In this document: piece after piece, positions 33,456-41,757 of the stretch
How positions within the stretch are numbered: the stretch's first letter is position 1
Layout: each line of letters starts with the position of its first letter
From: an uncultured Clostridia bacterium
Lineage (GTDB): Bacteria; Bacillota; Clostridia; UMGS1883
Assembly: GCA_934454525.1 (NCBI GenBank)
Contig: CAKSFM010000002.1
Span: 73,792-137,791 of the forward strand
Length of the DNA: 64,000 bases
Direction: 5' to 3'
Made by a program: the position numbers and the translations under genes
The notes under the pieces: model-generated
Database searches by the model: none
Told to the model about the DNA's origin: nothing
Seen by the model: the letters and a program-made list of their open reading frames with translations, nothing else

Positions 33456-33724
33456 ACAAATCACCTCTAAATAATATTTTTCCGATAGACGAACAACGGT
33501 TTTCCATATTCCATATCCCTGTGTAGAATGCACTCGGAATACACCGCGGCGCAAAAAAGCGCCGTCATCGCGGAAGGAGCGTAGAATGCACTGCCGACCG
33601 CAAAATATAAAGAACTGTTGTTAAATAGTACATATTTTCGCTGTCTGCACAGCTGATTTTTATGCATTATGACGCATTTCCGTCAAAAATGCGCGCATAA
33701 TACCGCAGCTTAATGCAGTGTAAT

Positions 33725-33753
33725 ATCATATCACCTTTTGTCAAGCTTGTCAA
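33725..33753 (-). promoter_or_regulatory. Candidate rpoB promoter
   Basis: On the minus strand: TTGACA, 17 nt, TATGAT, about 265 nt upstream of the rpoB start. A second TTGACA is duplicated 8 nt downstream. Confidence 0.45.
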
Positions 33754-33859
33754 GCGCCGCAGCACAAATATTTTTATTTTTTTTGCAAATAGGGGTAGAT
33801 TTTTGTTATGATATAATATATAATAGTAATTAATTTTTTATCAGACAGGAGAGATCGCT

Positions 33860-34342
33860 ATGAAAAACGAGATACTTTCATTACTTGAACAGGACAGTCG
33901 GCTGAGCGCGTCTAAAATAGCCATTATGCTCGGTATAGACGAGCGCGAGGTTAAGGAAGCGATTCATGAGCTTGAGGAGGAAAATGTTATCCTCGGCTAT
34001 AAAACTCTTGTGAACTGGGAACTTGCCGGCAAGGACACAACCATTGCCAATATAGAGCTTAAGCTTACTCCGCAGCACGGCGGCGGCTTTGACACAGTTG
34101 CCGAAAGAATATATAAATTTCCGCAGGTTAAATCGGTTATACTCATGTCCGGTTCATATGATTTGCTTGTAACGGTTGAGGGAAAAAGCCTTAAAGAGGT
34201 TGCAATGTTCGTTTCCGAACGGCTTGCGCCGATGGATTCCGTTGTATCAACCACAACGCATTTTGAGCTTAAGACATATAAGAAAGACGGAATAATATTT
34301 ACTGAAAAAGAAGAGGACAACCGGGAGGTAATGACAATATGA
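33860..34342 (+). CDS. Lrp/AsnC-family transcriptional regulator
   Basis: N-terminal HTH (ILSLLEQDSRLSASKIAIMLGIDEREVKEAIHELEE) plus a C-terminal RAM/AsnC_trans_reg domain; 160 aa. Confidence 0.85.
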   Translation: MKNEILSLLEQDSRLSASKIAIMLGIDEREVKEAIHELEEENVILGYKTLVNWELAGKDTTIANIELKLTPQHGGGFDTVAERIYKFPQVKSVILMSGSYDLLVTVEGKSLKEVAMFVSERLAPMDSVVSTTTHFELKTYKKDGIIFTEKEEDNREVMTI

Positions 34343-35517
34343 TGGATTATGACAAGCTTATTTCGGAGCACATAAGAGTGCTTCCCCCTTCGGGTATAAG
34401 AAAATTTTTCGATATAGTATCCGAAATGAAGGATGCAATATCGCTCGGCGTCGGCGAACCTGACTTTGTAACGCCGTGGACAGTGCGTGAAGCAGGAATA
34501 TACTCGCTCGAAAAAGGACGCACACATTACAGTGCAAATGCCGGCATTATGGAGCTTCGCCAGGAAATCAGCGCGTATCTTTCACGCAAATACGGACTTG
34601 AATACGATGCAAAGACCGAAACGCTTGTCACCGTCGGCGGAAGCGAAGCAATTGATTTGCTTTTCCGCGCAGTAATAAAGGAGGGTGATGAGGTTCTTGT
34701 TCCCGAGCCGAGCTTTGTGTGCTACAAGCCGTGCGCCGTTATGGCAGGCGGCACTGCCGTTCCGATTCCGACAAGCGAAGAGGACGATTTCCGCCTGACT
34801 GCCGATATGCTCGAATCGAAAATAACCGAGCGTTCAAAGCTGCTTGTTCTCCCCTATCCGAATAATCCCACGGGCGCTATCATGAAACGTGAGGATCTTG
34901 AGGAGATTGCGCGTGTTGTTGAAAAGCACAACCTTTTTGTTCTTTCTGATGAAATTTACAGCGAGCTTACATATGACGGAAAGCACGTTTCGTTTGCATC
35001 GATAGATGGTATGCGCGAAAGAACCGTCACCGTAAACGGCTTTTCAAAGGCATTTGCAATGACGGGCTGGCGGCTCGGCTATGCCTGCGGACCTGCCCCC
35101 GTCATTAAGGCGATGACAAAAATTCATCAGTACGGAATTATGTGCGCACCGACAACCAGTCAGTACGCCGCGATTGAAGCTATGCGCAGCTGCGATGACG
35201 AGGTTGAGTATATGCGCAACGAATATAATCACCGCCGCAGAATCATGGTAAATGCATTCCGCGAAATGGGTCTTTCATGCTTCGAACCGCTTGGCGCATT
35301 TTATGTTTTTCCGAATATATCATCCACCGGCTTGTCGAGCGAGGAATTTGCAACTCAGCTTCTGTACGAAGAAAAGGTTGCCGTTGTTCCGGGAACCGCA
35401 TTCGGTGACAGCGGAGAAGGTTTTATAAGATGCAGCTATGCCTATAGCATTAAAAGCATTGAAAAGGCGCTTGAAAGAATTGCAAAGTTTGTCGAAAGAC
35501 GTACGAAAAAAGATTAA
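34339..35517 (+). CDS. Class I/II PLP-dependent aminotransferase
   Basis: 392 aa. GEPDF, NPTG and SKAFAMTGWRLGY (PLP Lys) motifs. The 4-nt overlap with the Lrp gene suggests an operon. Confidence 0.85.
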   Translation: MMDYDKLISEHIRVLPPSGIRKFFDIVSEMKDAISLGVGEPDFVTPWTVREAGIYSLEKGRTHYSANAGIMELRQEISAYLSRKYGLEYDAKTETLVTVGGSEAIDLLFRAVIKEGDEVLVPEPSFVCYKPCAVMAGGTAVPIPTSEEDDFRLTADMLESKITERSKLLVLPYPNNPTGAIMKREDLEEIARVVEKHNLFVLSDEIYSELTYDGKHVSFASIDGMRERTVTVNGFSKAFAMTGWRLGYACGPAPVIKAMTKIHQYGIMCAPTTSQYAAIEAMRSCDDEVEYMRNEYNHRRRIMVNAFREMGLSCFEPLGAFYVFPNISSTGLSSEEFATQLLYEEKVAVVPGTAFGDSGEGFIRCSYAYSIKSIEKALERIAKFVERRTKKD

Positions 35518-35663
35518 TTTAAATGGGGTTGCAGCAAAACGGAAGTGTATTTTGCCGCAACCCCTCTTTTGGTAACATTTTTGTTACAAATTACCTTTAC
35601 ATGTTGTATTTTACCTGCAACCGATGTAAAATTAATCTGATATGGTGTGAGGAGGCGGTGTTT

Positions 35664-36923
35664 ATGAAATTACCGTGGGAGAAAAAATATATTTGTTACG
35701 GAATCGTGGCATTCTGCGTTGTGGCGGCAGGAATTGCGCTCTATATGCTTATTCATAAGTGGGAAACGGTCGGCGGCGTGATTTCTCTTATATTTAAAAG
35801 TCTGCGCCCGATAACATACGGTCTGCTTTTCGCATATATTCTGAATCCGCTTATGCGGACAATCGAAAACCATCTGGTTTCTCCGGCATTCGCAAAAATG
35901 CTGAAAAACAACAGGCCGCGTGCAGAGTCGTTTTCACGTGCGTCATCGATTTTTCTCACTTGGGGTATAACAATCACCGCATTGCTCATATTGGCTGAAC
36001 TGGTTATTCCCGAGCTTTATTCAAGCATTGAATCTCTTGTGATAAGTTTGCCGGGGTACGCAAATCATCTTGTTGAGCTGATCGGCGAGCTTTTGAAGAA
36101 AAATCCCGATGTACAGGAATTTCTCATGAATTCAATTAAAGGCTTCACCACCGACATAACAGTCATTGCGGACAAGCTGAAAAATTTAATTCCAAACATA
36201 AACACCCTTATAACCGGTGTTTCTTCAAGCGTTATGGATATTGTAAGAATGCTTTTGAACATATTAATCGGAGTAATCGTATCCATTTATGTTCTCAAGG
36301 ATAAAGAAAAGCTTGCCGCTCAGAGCAAACGCCTTTTGTACAGCCTCTGCTCTGTCAAAAAGGCAAACAGCGTGATTGCGGTAACGCGGCTCACAAACGA
36401 CAAGTTCGGCAACTTTATAACCGGAAAAATATTCGACTCAATTATAATCGGTGTCCTCTGCTTCATCATCCTGTCAATTTTCCGTATTCCTTATACGGCG
36501 CTCGTCAGCGTTGTTGTCGGAGTTACGAATGTTATCCCTTTCTTCGGACCGTTCATCGGTGCTGTTCCGAGTGCGCTTCTTATTCTGCTTGCCGAGCCGA
36601 TAAAGTGTCTCACATTTGTAATAATCATCATTGCATTGCAGCAGTTTGACGGAAATATTCTCGGACCGAAAATTCTCGGCAGCTCAACCGGAGTTTCAAG
36701 CTTTTGGGTTATGTTTTCAATCCTCGTCGGAAGCGGACTGTTCGGCTTTTGGGGAATGCTTTGCGGAGTGCCCGTGTTCGCGGTTATATACGCAATTGTG
36801 AGCGAATCCTGCCGCTGTTCGCTTGAAGATCGCGGACTTGACTATTCCACCGAGGATTTTAAAAATATTGACCATTTAAGCGATAAAACCGAAAAACCGA
36901 TTTACTACAAGGAAAATAACTGA
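35664..36923 (+). CDS. AI-2E family transporter (PerM/YhhT-like), paralog 1
   Basis: Start MKLPWEKKY at 35664 after a GAGGAGG RBS. Multi-TM protein with the GVTNVIPFFGPFIG and ALQQFDGNILGPKI motifs typical of AI-2E/UPF0118. Confidence 0.85.
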   Translation: MKLPWEKKYICYGIVAFCVVAAGIALYMLIHKWETVGGVISLIFKSLRPITYGLLFAYILNPLMRTIENHLVSPAFAKMLKNNRPRAESFSRASSIFLTWGITITALLILAELVIPELYSSIESLVISLPGYANHLVELIGELLKKNPDVQEFLMNSIKGFTTDITVIADKLKNLIPNINTLITGVSSSVMDIVRMLLNILIGVIVSIYVLKDKEKLAAQSKRLLYSLCSVKKANSVIAVTRLTNDKFGNFITGKIFDSIIIGVLCFIILSIFRIPYTALVSVVVGVTNVIPFFGPFIGAVPSALLILLAEPIKCLTFVIIIIALQQFDGNILGPKILGSSTGVSSFWVMFSILVGSGLFGFWGMLCGVPVFAVIYAIVSESCRCSLEDRGLDYSTEDFKNIDHLSDKTEKPIYYKENN

Positions 36924-37723
36924 TCAGAACGAAAGTGACCCGAACATACGGCATAGATTCTTAAGGAGACAGAACTTATGAAATTACCGTGGGAGAAAAA
37001 ATATATTTGCTGCGGAATCGTGGCATTCTGCGTTGTGGCGGCAGGAATTGCGCTCTATATGCTTATTCATAAGTGGGAAACGGTCGGCGGCGTGATTTCT
37101 CTTATATTTAAAAGTCTGCGCCCGATAACATACGGTCTGCTTTTCGCATATATTCTGAATCCGCTTATGCGGACAATCGAAAACCATCTGGTTTCTCCGG
37201 CATTCGCAAAAATGCTGAAAAACAACAGGCCGCGTGCAGAGTCGTTTTCACGTGCGTCATCGATTTTTCTCACTTGGGGTATAACAATCACCGCATTGCT
37301 CATATTGGCTGAACTGGTTATTCCCGAGCTTTATTCAAGCATTGAATCTCTTGTGATAAGTTTGCCGGGGTACGCAAATCATCTTGTTGAGCTGATCGGC
37401 GAGCTTTTGAAGAAAAATCCCGATGTACAGGAATTTCTCATGAATTCAATTAAAGGCTTCACCACCGACATAACAGTCATTGCGGACAAGCTGAAAAATT
37501 TAATTCCAAACATAAACACCCTTATAACCGGTGTTTCTTCAAGCGTTATGGATATTGTAAGAATGCTTTTGAACATATTAATCGGAGTAATCGTATCCAT
37601 TTATGTTCTCAAGGATAAAGAAAAGCTTGCCGCTCAGAGCAAACGCCTTTTGTACAGCCTCTGCTCTGTCAAAAAGGCAAACAGCGTGATTGCGGTAACG
37701 CGGCTCACAAACGACAAGTTCGG
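35664..37723 (+). repeat. Tandem direct repeat: 35664-36409 is near-identical to 36978-37723 (offset 1314 bp)
   Basis: Aligned by eye. The 746-nt tracts differ only at TGTTAC vs TGCTGC (codons 11-12). Identity begins exactly at the ATG and stops after ...GACAAGTTCGG. Confidence 0.85.
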
Positions 37724-38228
37724 GCGCTTCATCACGGGAACAATATTTGATTCAATAACAGTCAGCGTTCTCTGTTTTATTATACTGACAGTATTCCGGA
37801 TTCCGTACACAGCGCTCGTCAGTGTTATTATCGGAGTTACAAATGTAATTCCCTTTTTCGGACCGTTCATTGGCTCAATTCCGAGCGCGCTTCTTATTCT
37901 GCTTGCAGAACCGATAAAGGGACTTACTTTTATAATAATTATCACAGCATTGCAGCAGTTCGACGGAAATATTCTCAGTCCGAGGATTATCGGAAGTTCA
38001 ACCGGGGTTTCAAGCTTTTGGGTTATGTTTTCAATCCTTGTCGGAAGCGGACTGTTCGGCTTTTGGGGAATACTTTGCGGAGTACCCGTGTTCGCGGTTA
38101 TATATGCAATCGTAAGCAAGTTCTGCCGCCGCTCGCTTGAAGCTCGCGGACTTGACTATTCCACCGAGGATTTTAAAAATATTGACCATTTTGATGATAA
38201 AACAGAGAAACCGATTTACTATAATTAA
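36978..38228 (+). CDS. AI-2E family transporter, paralog 2
   Basis: 416 aa. The first approximately 248 codons are nucleotide-identical to paralog 1 apart from 2 substitutions; the C-terminal part has diverged. Confidence 0.85.
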   Translation: MKLPWEKKYICCGIVAFCVVAAGIALYMLIHKWETVGGVISLIFKSLRPITYGLLFAYILNPLMRTIENHLVSPAFAKMLKNNRPRAESFSRASSIFLTWGITITALLILAELVIPELYSSIESLVISLPGYANHLVELIGELLKKNPDVQEFLMNSIKGFTTDITVIADKLKNLIPNINTLITGVSSSVMDIVRMLLNILIGVIVSIYVLKDKEKLAAQSKRLLYSLCSVKKANSVIAVTRLTNDKFGRFITGTIFDSITVSVLCFIILTVFRIPYTALVSVIIGVTNVIPFFGPFIGSIPSALLILLAEPIKGLTFIIIITALQQFDGNILSPRIIGSSTGVSSFWVMFSILVGSGLFGFWGILCGVPVFAVIYAIVSKFCRRSLEARGLDYSTEDFKNIDHFDDKTEKPIYYN

Positions 38229-38244
38229 AACGGAGGTGTTTTAA

Positions 38245-38694
38245 ATGCAGGAGCTTTTGTCAAAGGTTCTTACCTATGTGTTTGTTATAATTATCTACCT
38301 TTTTATTTATGCTATTATCAGAATGATTTTTCTTGACATCCGAACGATGTACAGGAAAAAATCCGGCGGCTTTGCCGATGCATACTTAAAGCTCATCAAT
38401 CTGCGCCATGACCTTGACTTTCCGGTTGAGGAAAGCTATGAAATTGAAAACAGCGAGGTTATCGGGCGCGGCAAAAAATGCGATATTTCGATTGGCGATA
38501 AGTATCTCTCATCAAAAAACAGCCGCATATTCAAATCCTCCGGCAAGTTCTATATTGAGGATCTTGACAGCACAAACGGCACTTTTCTCAACGGAGAGGA
38601 GCTTACCGATAAGGCGGTTGAACTTCTTGACGGAGACAAAATTTCATTGGGAAGGCTGAATTTTCTTTTCGTTCTTCCGGAAAAGAGTGAGTGA
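38245..38694 (+). CDS. Membrane-anchored FHA-domain protein
   Basis: N-terminal TM helix. C-terminal FHA pattern (IGRGKKCDISI.D.YLSSKNSRIF...GKFYIEDLDSTNGTFLNGEEL). Confidence 0.85.
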   Translation: MQELLSKVLTYVFVIIIYLFIYAIIRMIFLDIRTMYRKKSGGFADAYLKLINLRHDLDFPVEESYEIENSEVIGRGKKCDISIGDKYLSSKNSRIFKSSGKFYIEDLDSTNGTFLNGEELTDKAVELLDGDKISLGRLNFLFVLPEKSE

Positions 38695-39964
38695 CATGGA
38701 AAAAAGAATTCGAAGTGTGCGCCCGCTTTTTTATCTCGTTCTGATAAACCTTCTCGGCATGGCGCTTATAATGCTTGAAGAAAAAAAACTCGACCAAAAT
38801 ACTGTTATGCTTTGCGCCATTCTCTGTGTACTGAGCATAGTTGTTTATATTATAATCGGACTTGCCGCACTCGGCGACGGATACCTGTTTGTCATAATAT
38901 CAATGCTGTCGTCAATCGGCGTAATTATGCAGATGCGGATTGACGAAACCAATGGCATGCGGCAGATGAAGCTTTATCTTGTCGGCGTTCTGTGTTTTTT
39001 CGCGGCTGTGCTCGTTTACCGTGCGTTTCACAAATACTGGAACAGGCTCACGCTTGTGTACTTCTCCGTTTCTGCTGCGCTTTTTGCGCTGACCGCCCTA
39101 TTCGGCAAGGTGCGCTTCGGTTCAAAAAACTGGATTGTTATCGGCGGAATCTCCGTTCAGCCGAGTGAGTTTATAAGAATTCTGTATGTTATGTCGCTCG
39201 CCGCGGTGTTTACAAACTGTGCAAAATCTGCTTCCGAAGACGCCTCTCCCTCTGATGAAAGGCGCGGCAGGCGAATCAGGCTCATCGCAGCAAGTGCAAT
39301 CGCATATATAAACTCCGGTTTTCTTCTTCTGCAGCGCGAATGGGGAATTTCAGTGCTGTTCTTCATAATATTTTTCGCATTTCTTTATATCTATGGAAAC
39401 AGCCGGCTCTTCCTCGTATTTAATGCTCTTGCCGCAGGAGCTGCCGGCTATGTCGGGGTTAAATACATGAGTCATATTCAGGTGCGCGTTGCAACATGGC
39501 TTGACCCATTTGCCGATGTAAACGGAAAGGGATATCAGCTGGCGCAGTCGCTTTTCGCAATCGGAACGGGCGGCTTTTCAGGCAGCGGAATCGGTAACGG
39601 AAGTCCGTATCTGATTCCGGTTGTAAGCTCCGACTTTATTTTTTCCGCTATATGTGAGGAAATGGGAGTTCTCGGCGGAATTGCCGTGCTGATGCTTTAT
39701 TTTGTACTTGTTTACAGAGGATTTAAGATTGCGCTTTCCTGTACAAACGCATTTAATAAGGCTGTCAGTATGGGACTGAGCGTTATGCTCGGGGTGCAGA
39801 CGTTTATAATTGTCGGCGGTGTAATCAGGCTCATCCCCCTCACAGGCATAACTCTTCCGTTCATCAGCTACGGCGGAAGCAGCATGGTGACAACGTTTGC
39901 GGCGCTCGGCATACTTCAGGCTATCAGCGGAATGAAGGGAGAGGTTACGGATGAAATCGAATAA
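38687..39964 (+). CDS. FtsW/RodA/SpoVE (SEDS) family protein
   Basis: Polytopic protein with SEDS motifs (QPSEF, SDFIFS...EE.G, TGITLPFISYGGSS). GTG at 38687, or ATG at 38696, could be the start. Confidence 0.85.
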   Translation: MSDMEKRIRSVRPLFYLVLINLLGMALIMLEEKKLDQNTVMLCAILCVLSIVVYIIIGLAALGDGYLFVIISMLSSIGVIMQMRIDETNGMRQMKLYLVGVLCFFAAVLVYRAFHKYWNRLTLVYFSVSAALFALTALFGKVRFGSKNWIVIGGISVQPSEFIRILYVMSLAAVFTNCAKSASEDASPSDERRGRRIRLIAASAIAYINSGFLLLQREWGISVLFFIIFFAFLYIYGNSRLFLVFNALAAGAAGYVGVKYMSHIQVRVATWLDPFADVNGKGYQLAQSLFAIGTGGFSGSGIGNGSPYLIPVVSSDFIFSAICEEMGVLGGIAVLMLYFVLVYRGFKIALSCTNAFNKAVSMGLSVMLGVQTFIIVGGVIRLIPLTGITLPFISYGGSSMVTTFAALGILQAISGMKGEVTDEIE

Positions 39965-41378
39965 ACGAATAATAACGGTTATGGTTTCCGTCTGCTCGCT
40001 CTTTCTTGTGACAGTCGTGTATCTTACATATTTCACGCTTTTTCAGGCAAAGGACATAATAAAGTCAAGCGCAAACCAGCGAATATGGGAAAAGGAAGAA
40101 AAGGTTCTCCGCGGCTCGATATATGACCGAAGCGGTGTGCTGCTTGCAGAAAGCAAGCAAACCGAAAAAGGGCAGAAACGAATATATCCGCACGGCTCGC
40201 TGTACGCACATTCAATCGGCTATAACAGCCGCACCTACGGCAAAACCAACATTGAGCTTAAATTCAATGATTATCTTCTCCGGACGGAATCCGTTATTGA
40301 TGTTCTGAAACGGGAATCGCACGATGAAAGTGCATTCAGCAACGGCGCCAAGCTTGAGCTTACGCTTGATCATGGAATGACCGAGCTTGCACAAAAACTT
40401 ATGAACGGCTCGAACGGCAGTGTTGCGGCGCTTAATCCCGCAACGGGAGAGGTTTACTGTATGTATTCAAATCCCACATTTGACCCCAATGAGAGCAGCC
40501 TCACGAAAAACTGGGATGATTTGAGTCAGGACAAGGATTCGCCCTTTCTGCCGCGCGTCACTCAGGGGTTATATGCCCCGGGGTCAACATTTAAGGTTAT
40601 AACTGCAGCTGCCGGGATTGAAAGCGGATATGAAACTTTCACCATGCGCGACAGCGGCAAGATAAAAATCGGCGGCAGGGAATTTAAAAACGCCGGCGGA
40701 AGCAGCCACGGCAACATCGGAATGTCCGATGCAATCCGCGTTTCAAGCAATGTTTATTTTGCTTCTCTCTCGCAGAAAATCGGTTCGGAACGGCTTGGAA
40801 ATTCTGTTGATTCATTTGGTGTTACAAAAAAAATCCCGTTTGATATTACCACAAAATTTGTTCCGCTTGATTTTTCGTCAATGAGCAGCGTTGACCTTGC
40901 TTCAACATCAATCGGTCAGGGCAAGCTCCTTGTCACTCCGCTGCACATGGCGCTCACCGCATGCGCAGTTGCAAACAACGGCGTTATTATGCAGCCGTAT
41001 ATGGTTAACAAGGCATATTTTGAGGATGGCGCAACCGTTTACACCGCAAAACAAAAGGTACTTTCTGAGGCAATGAGCGATGAAACGGCGGCAAAAATCG
41101 GCGAATATATGAAAGCCTGCGTTCGTTCCGGAACCGGAAAATCGGCAAATGTCCGCGGTATTACCGTTGCAGGAAAAACCGGAACGGCTGAAAATGAGCG
41201 CAAAGATAAAACCCATGCATGGTTTATCTGCTATGCACCGGCTGAAAATCCGCAGATTGCAATCTGCGTGATGAAAGAGTACAGCGGACGCGGCGGCGGA
41301 TCTGCCTGCGCACCGGCGGCGGCAAAGCTTATCTCATATGCGCTTGAAAACGGCTTGATTTCTGCCGAAAACAATTAG
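39951..41378 (+). CDS. Class B penicillin-binding protein (PBP2-type transpeptidase)
   Basis: N-terminal TM helix. Motifs STFK (PGSTFKV), SSN (RVSSNVYF) and KTG (AGKTGTAE). Overlaps the SEDS gene by 14 nt. Confidence 0.9.
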   Translation: MKSNKRIITVMVSVCSLFLVTVVYLTYFTLFQAKDIIKSSANQRIWEKEEKVLRGSIYDRSGVLLAESKQTEKGQKRIYPHGSLYAHSIGYNSRTYGKTNIELKFNDYLLRTESVIDVLKRESHDESAFSNGAKLELTLDHGMTELAQKLMNGSNGSVAALNPATGEVYCMYSNPTFDPNESSLTKNWDDLSQDKDSPFLPRVTQGLYAPGSTFKVITAAAGIESGYETFTMRDSGKIKIGGREFKNAGGSSHGNIGMSDAIRVSSNVYFASLSQKIGSERLGNSVDSFGVTKKIPFDITTKFVPLDFSSMSSVDLASTSIGQGKLLVTPLHMALTACAVANNGVIMQPYMVNKAYFEDGATVYTAKQKVLSEAMSDETAAKIGEYMKACVRSGTGKSANVRGITVAGKTGTAENERKDKTHAWFICYAPAENPQIAICVMKEYSGRGGGSACAPAAAKLISYALENGLISAENN

Positions 41379-41383
41379 CTTAA

Positions 41384-41414
41384 GATGTTAAAAAACTCCG
41401 GAACGCAAGAAAAG
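41384..41414 (+). repeat. Direct repeat DR1 (ATGTTAAAAAACTCCGGAACGCAAGAAAAGG)
   Basis: Repeated at 41649-41676 with small indels. The pair brackets a 234-bp segment containing hairpin-repeat copy 2. Confidence 0.7.
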
Positions 41415-41470
41415 GAGAAAAAGCAGATATTACAGACCGTACAACTATTGTAATTCGCTTTTATTAAAGG

Positions 41471-41594
41471 TAGAAAAATCAAAAATTTGATTTTTCAAAG
41501 AATCACTTCTTTTCTTGCTATCAACAAACTTCGCCCTCGGCGTACCTATGTACGCCGTCGGGTAACCCAAAGCTAACGCTTTGGCTCAGTTTGT
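41471..41594 (+). repeat. Intergenic hairpin-repeat element, copy 2
   Basis: GAAAAATCAAA-AA-TTTGATTTTTC hairpin, a spacer ending TGCTATCA, then ACAAACTTCGCCCTCGGCGTACCTATGTACGCCGTCGGGT with an extra CCAAAGC-TAAC-GCTTTGG hairpin, closing with CAGTTTGT. Confidence 0.6.
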
Positions 41595-41648
41595 TAATTC
41601 CAAAGCTTTTTTCCTATCCCCTTGAAATAGCCCCTTTTGGGTAAGGAA

Positions 41649-41676
41649 ATGTAAAAAACTCCGGAACGCAAAAAGG
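41649..41676 (+). repeat. Direct repeat DR2 (ATGTAAAAAACTCCGGAACGCAAAAAGG)
   Basis: Matches DR1 at 41384-41414. Confidence 0.7.
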
Positions 41677-41705
41677 CAATCAAAAGCCTGTAACCGCAAA
41701 ACAAC

Positions 41706-41753
41706 AGAGCATACTGATTAAATTCACATTCCGTAATTTAATCAGTATGCTCT
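41706..41753. terminator. Bidirectional terminator (prfB / pbp)
   Basis: Perfect 19-bp stem AGAGCATACTGATTAAATT...AATTTAATCAGTATGCTCT with T-rich flanks on both strands. Confidence 0.8.
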
Positions 41754-41757
41754 TTAT

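Noticed and set aside
33456-33554. N-terminal extension of the rpoB ORF (1298 aa version)
   Set aside because: The extension has no RpoB-like sequence. A TTG at 33455 with an AGAGGTGA RBS yields the canonical N-terminus.
35523-35663. N-terminal extension of AI-2E paralog 1 (466 aa version)
   Set aside because: Paralog 2 starts at the equivalent MKLPWEKKY. A GAGGAGG RBS precedes 35664, and the repeat identity starts exactly at this ATG.
41385-41453. 22-aa ORF (MLKNSGTQEKEKKQILQTVQLL) starting inside direct repeat DR1
   Set aside because: It has no RBS, and the equivalent position in DR2 has a frame-breaking deletion (ATGTAA). It is probably a fortuitous ATG within the repeat.
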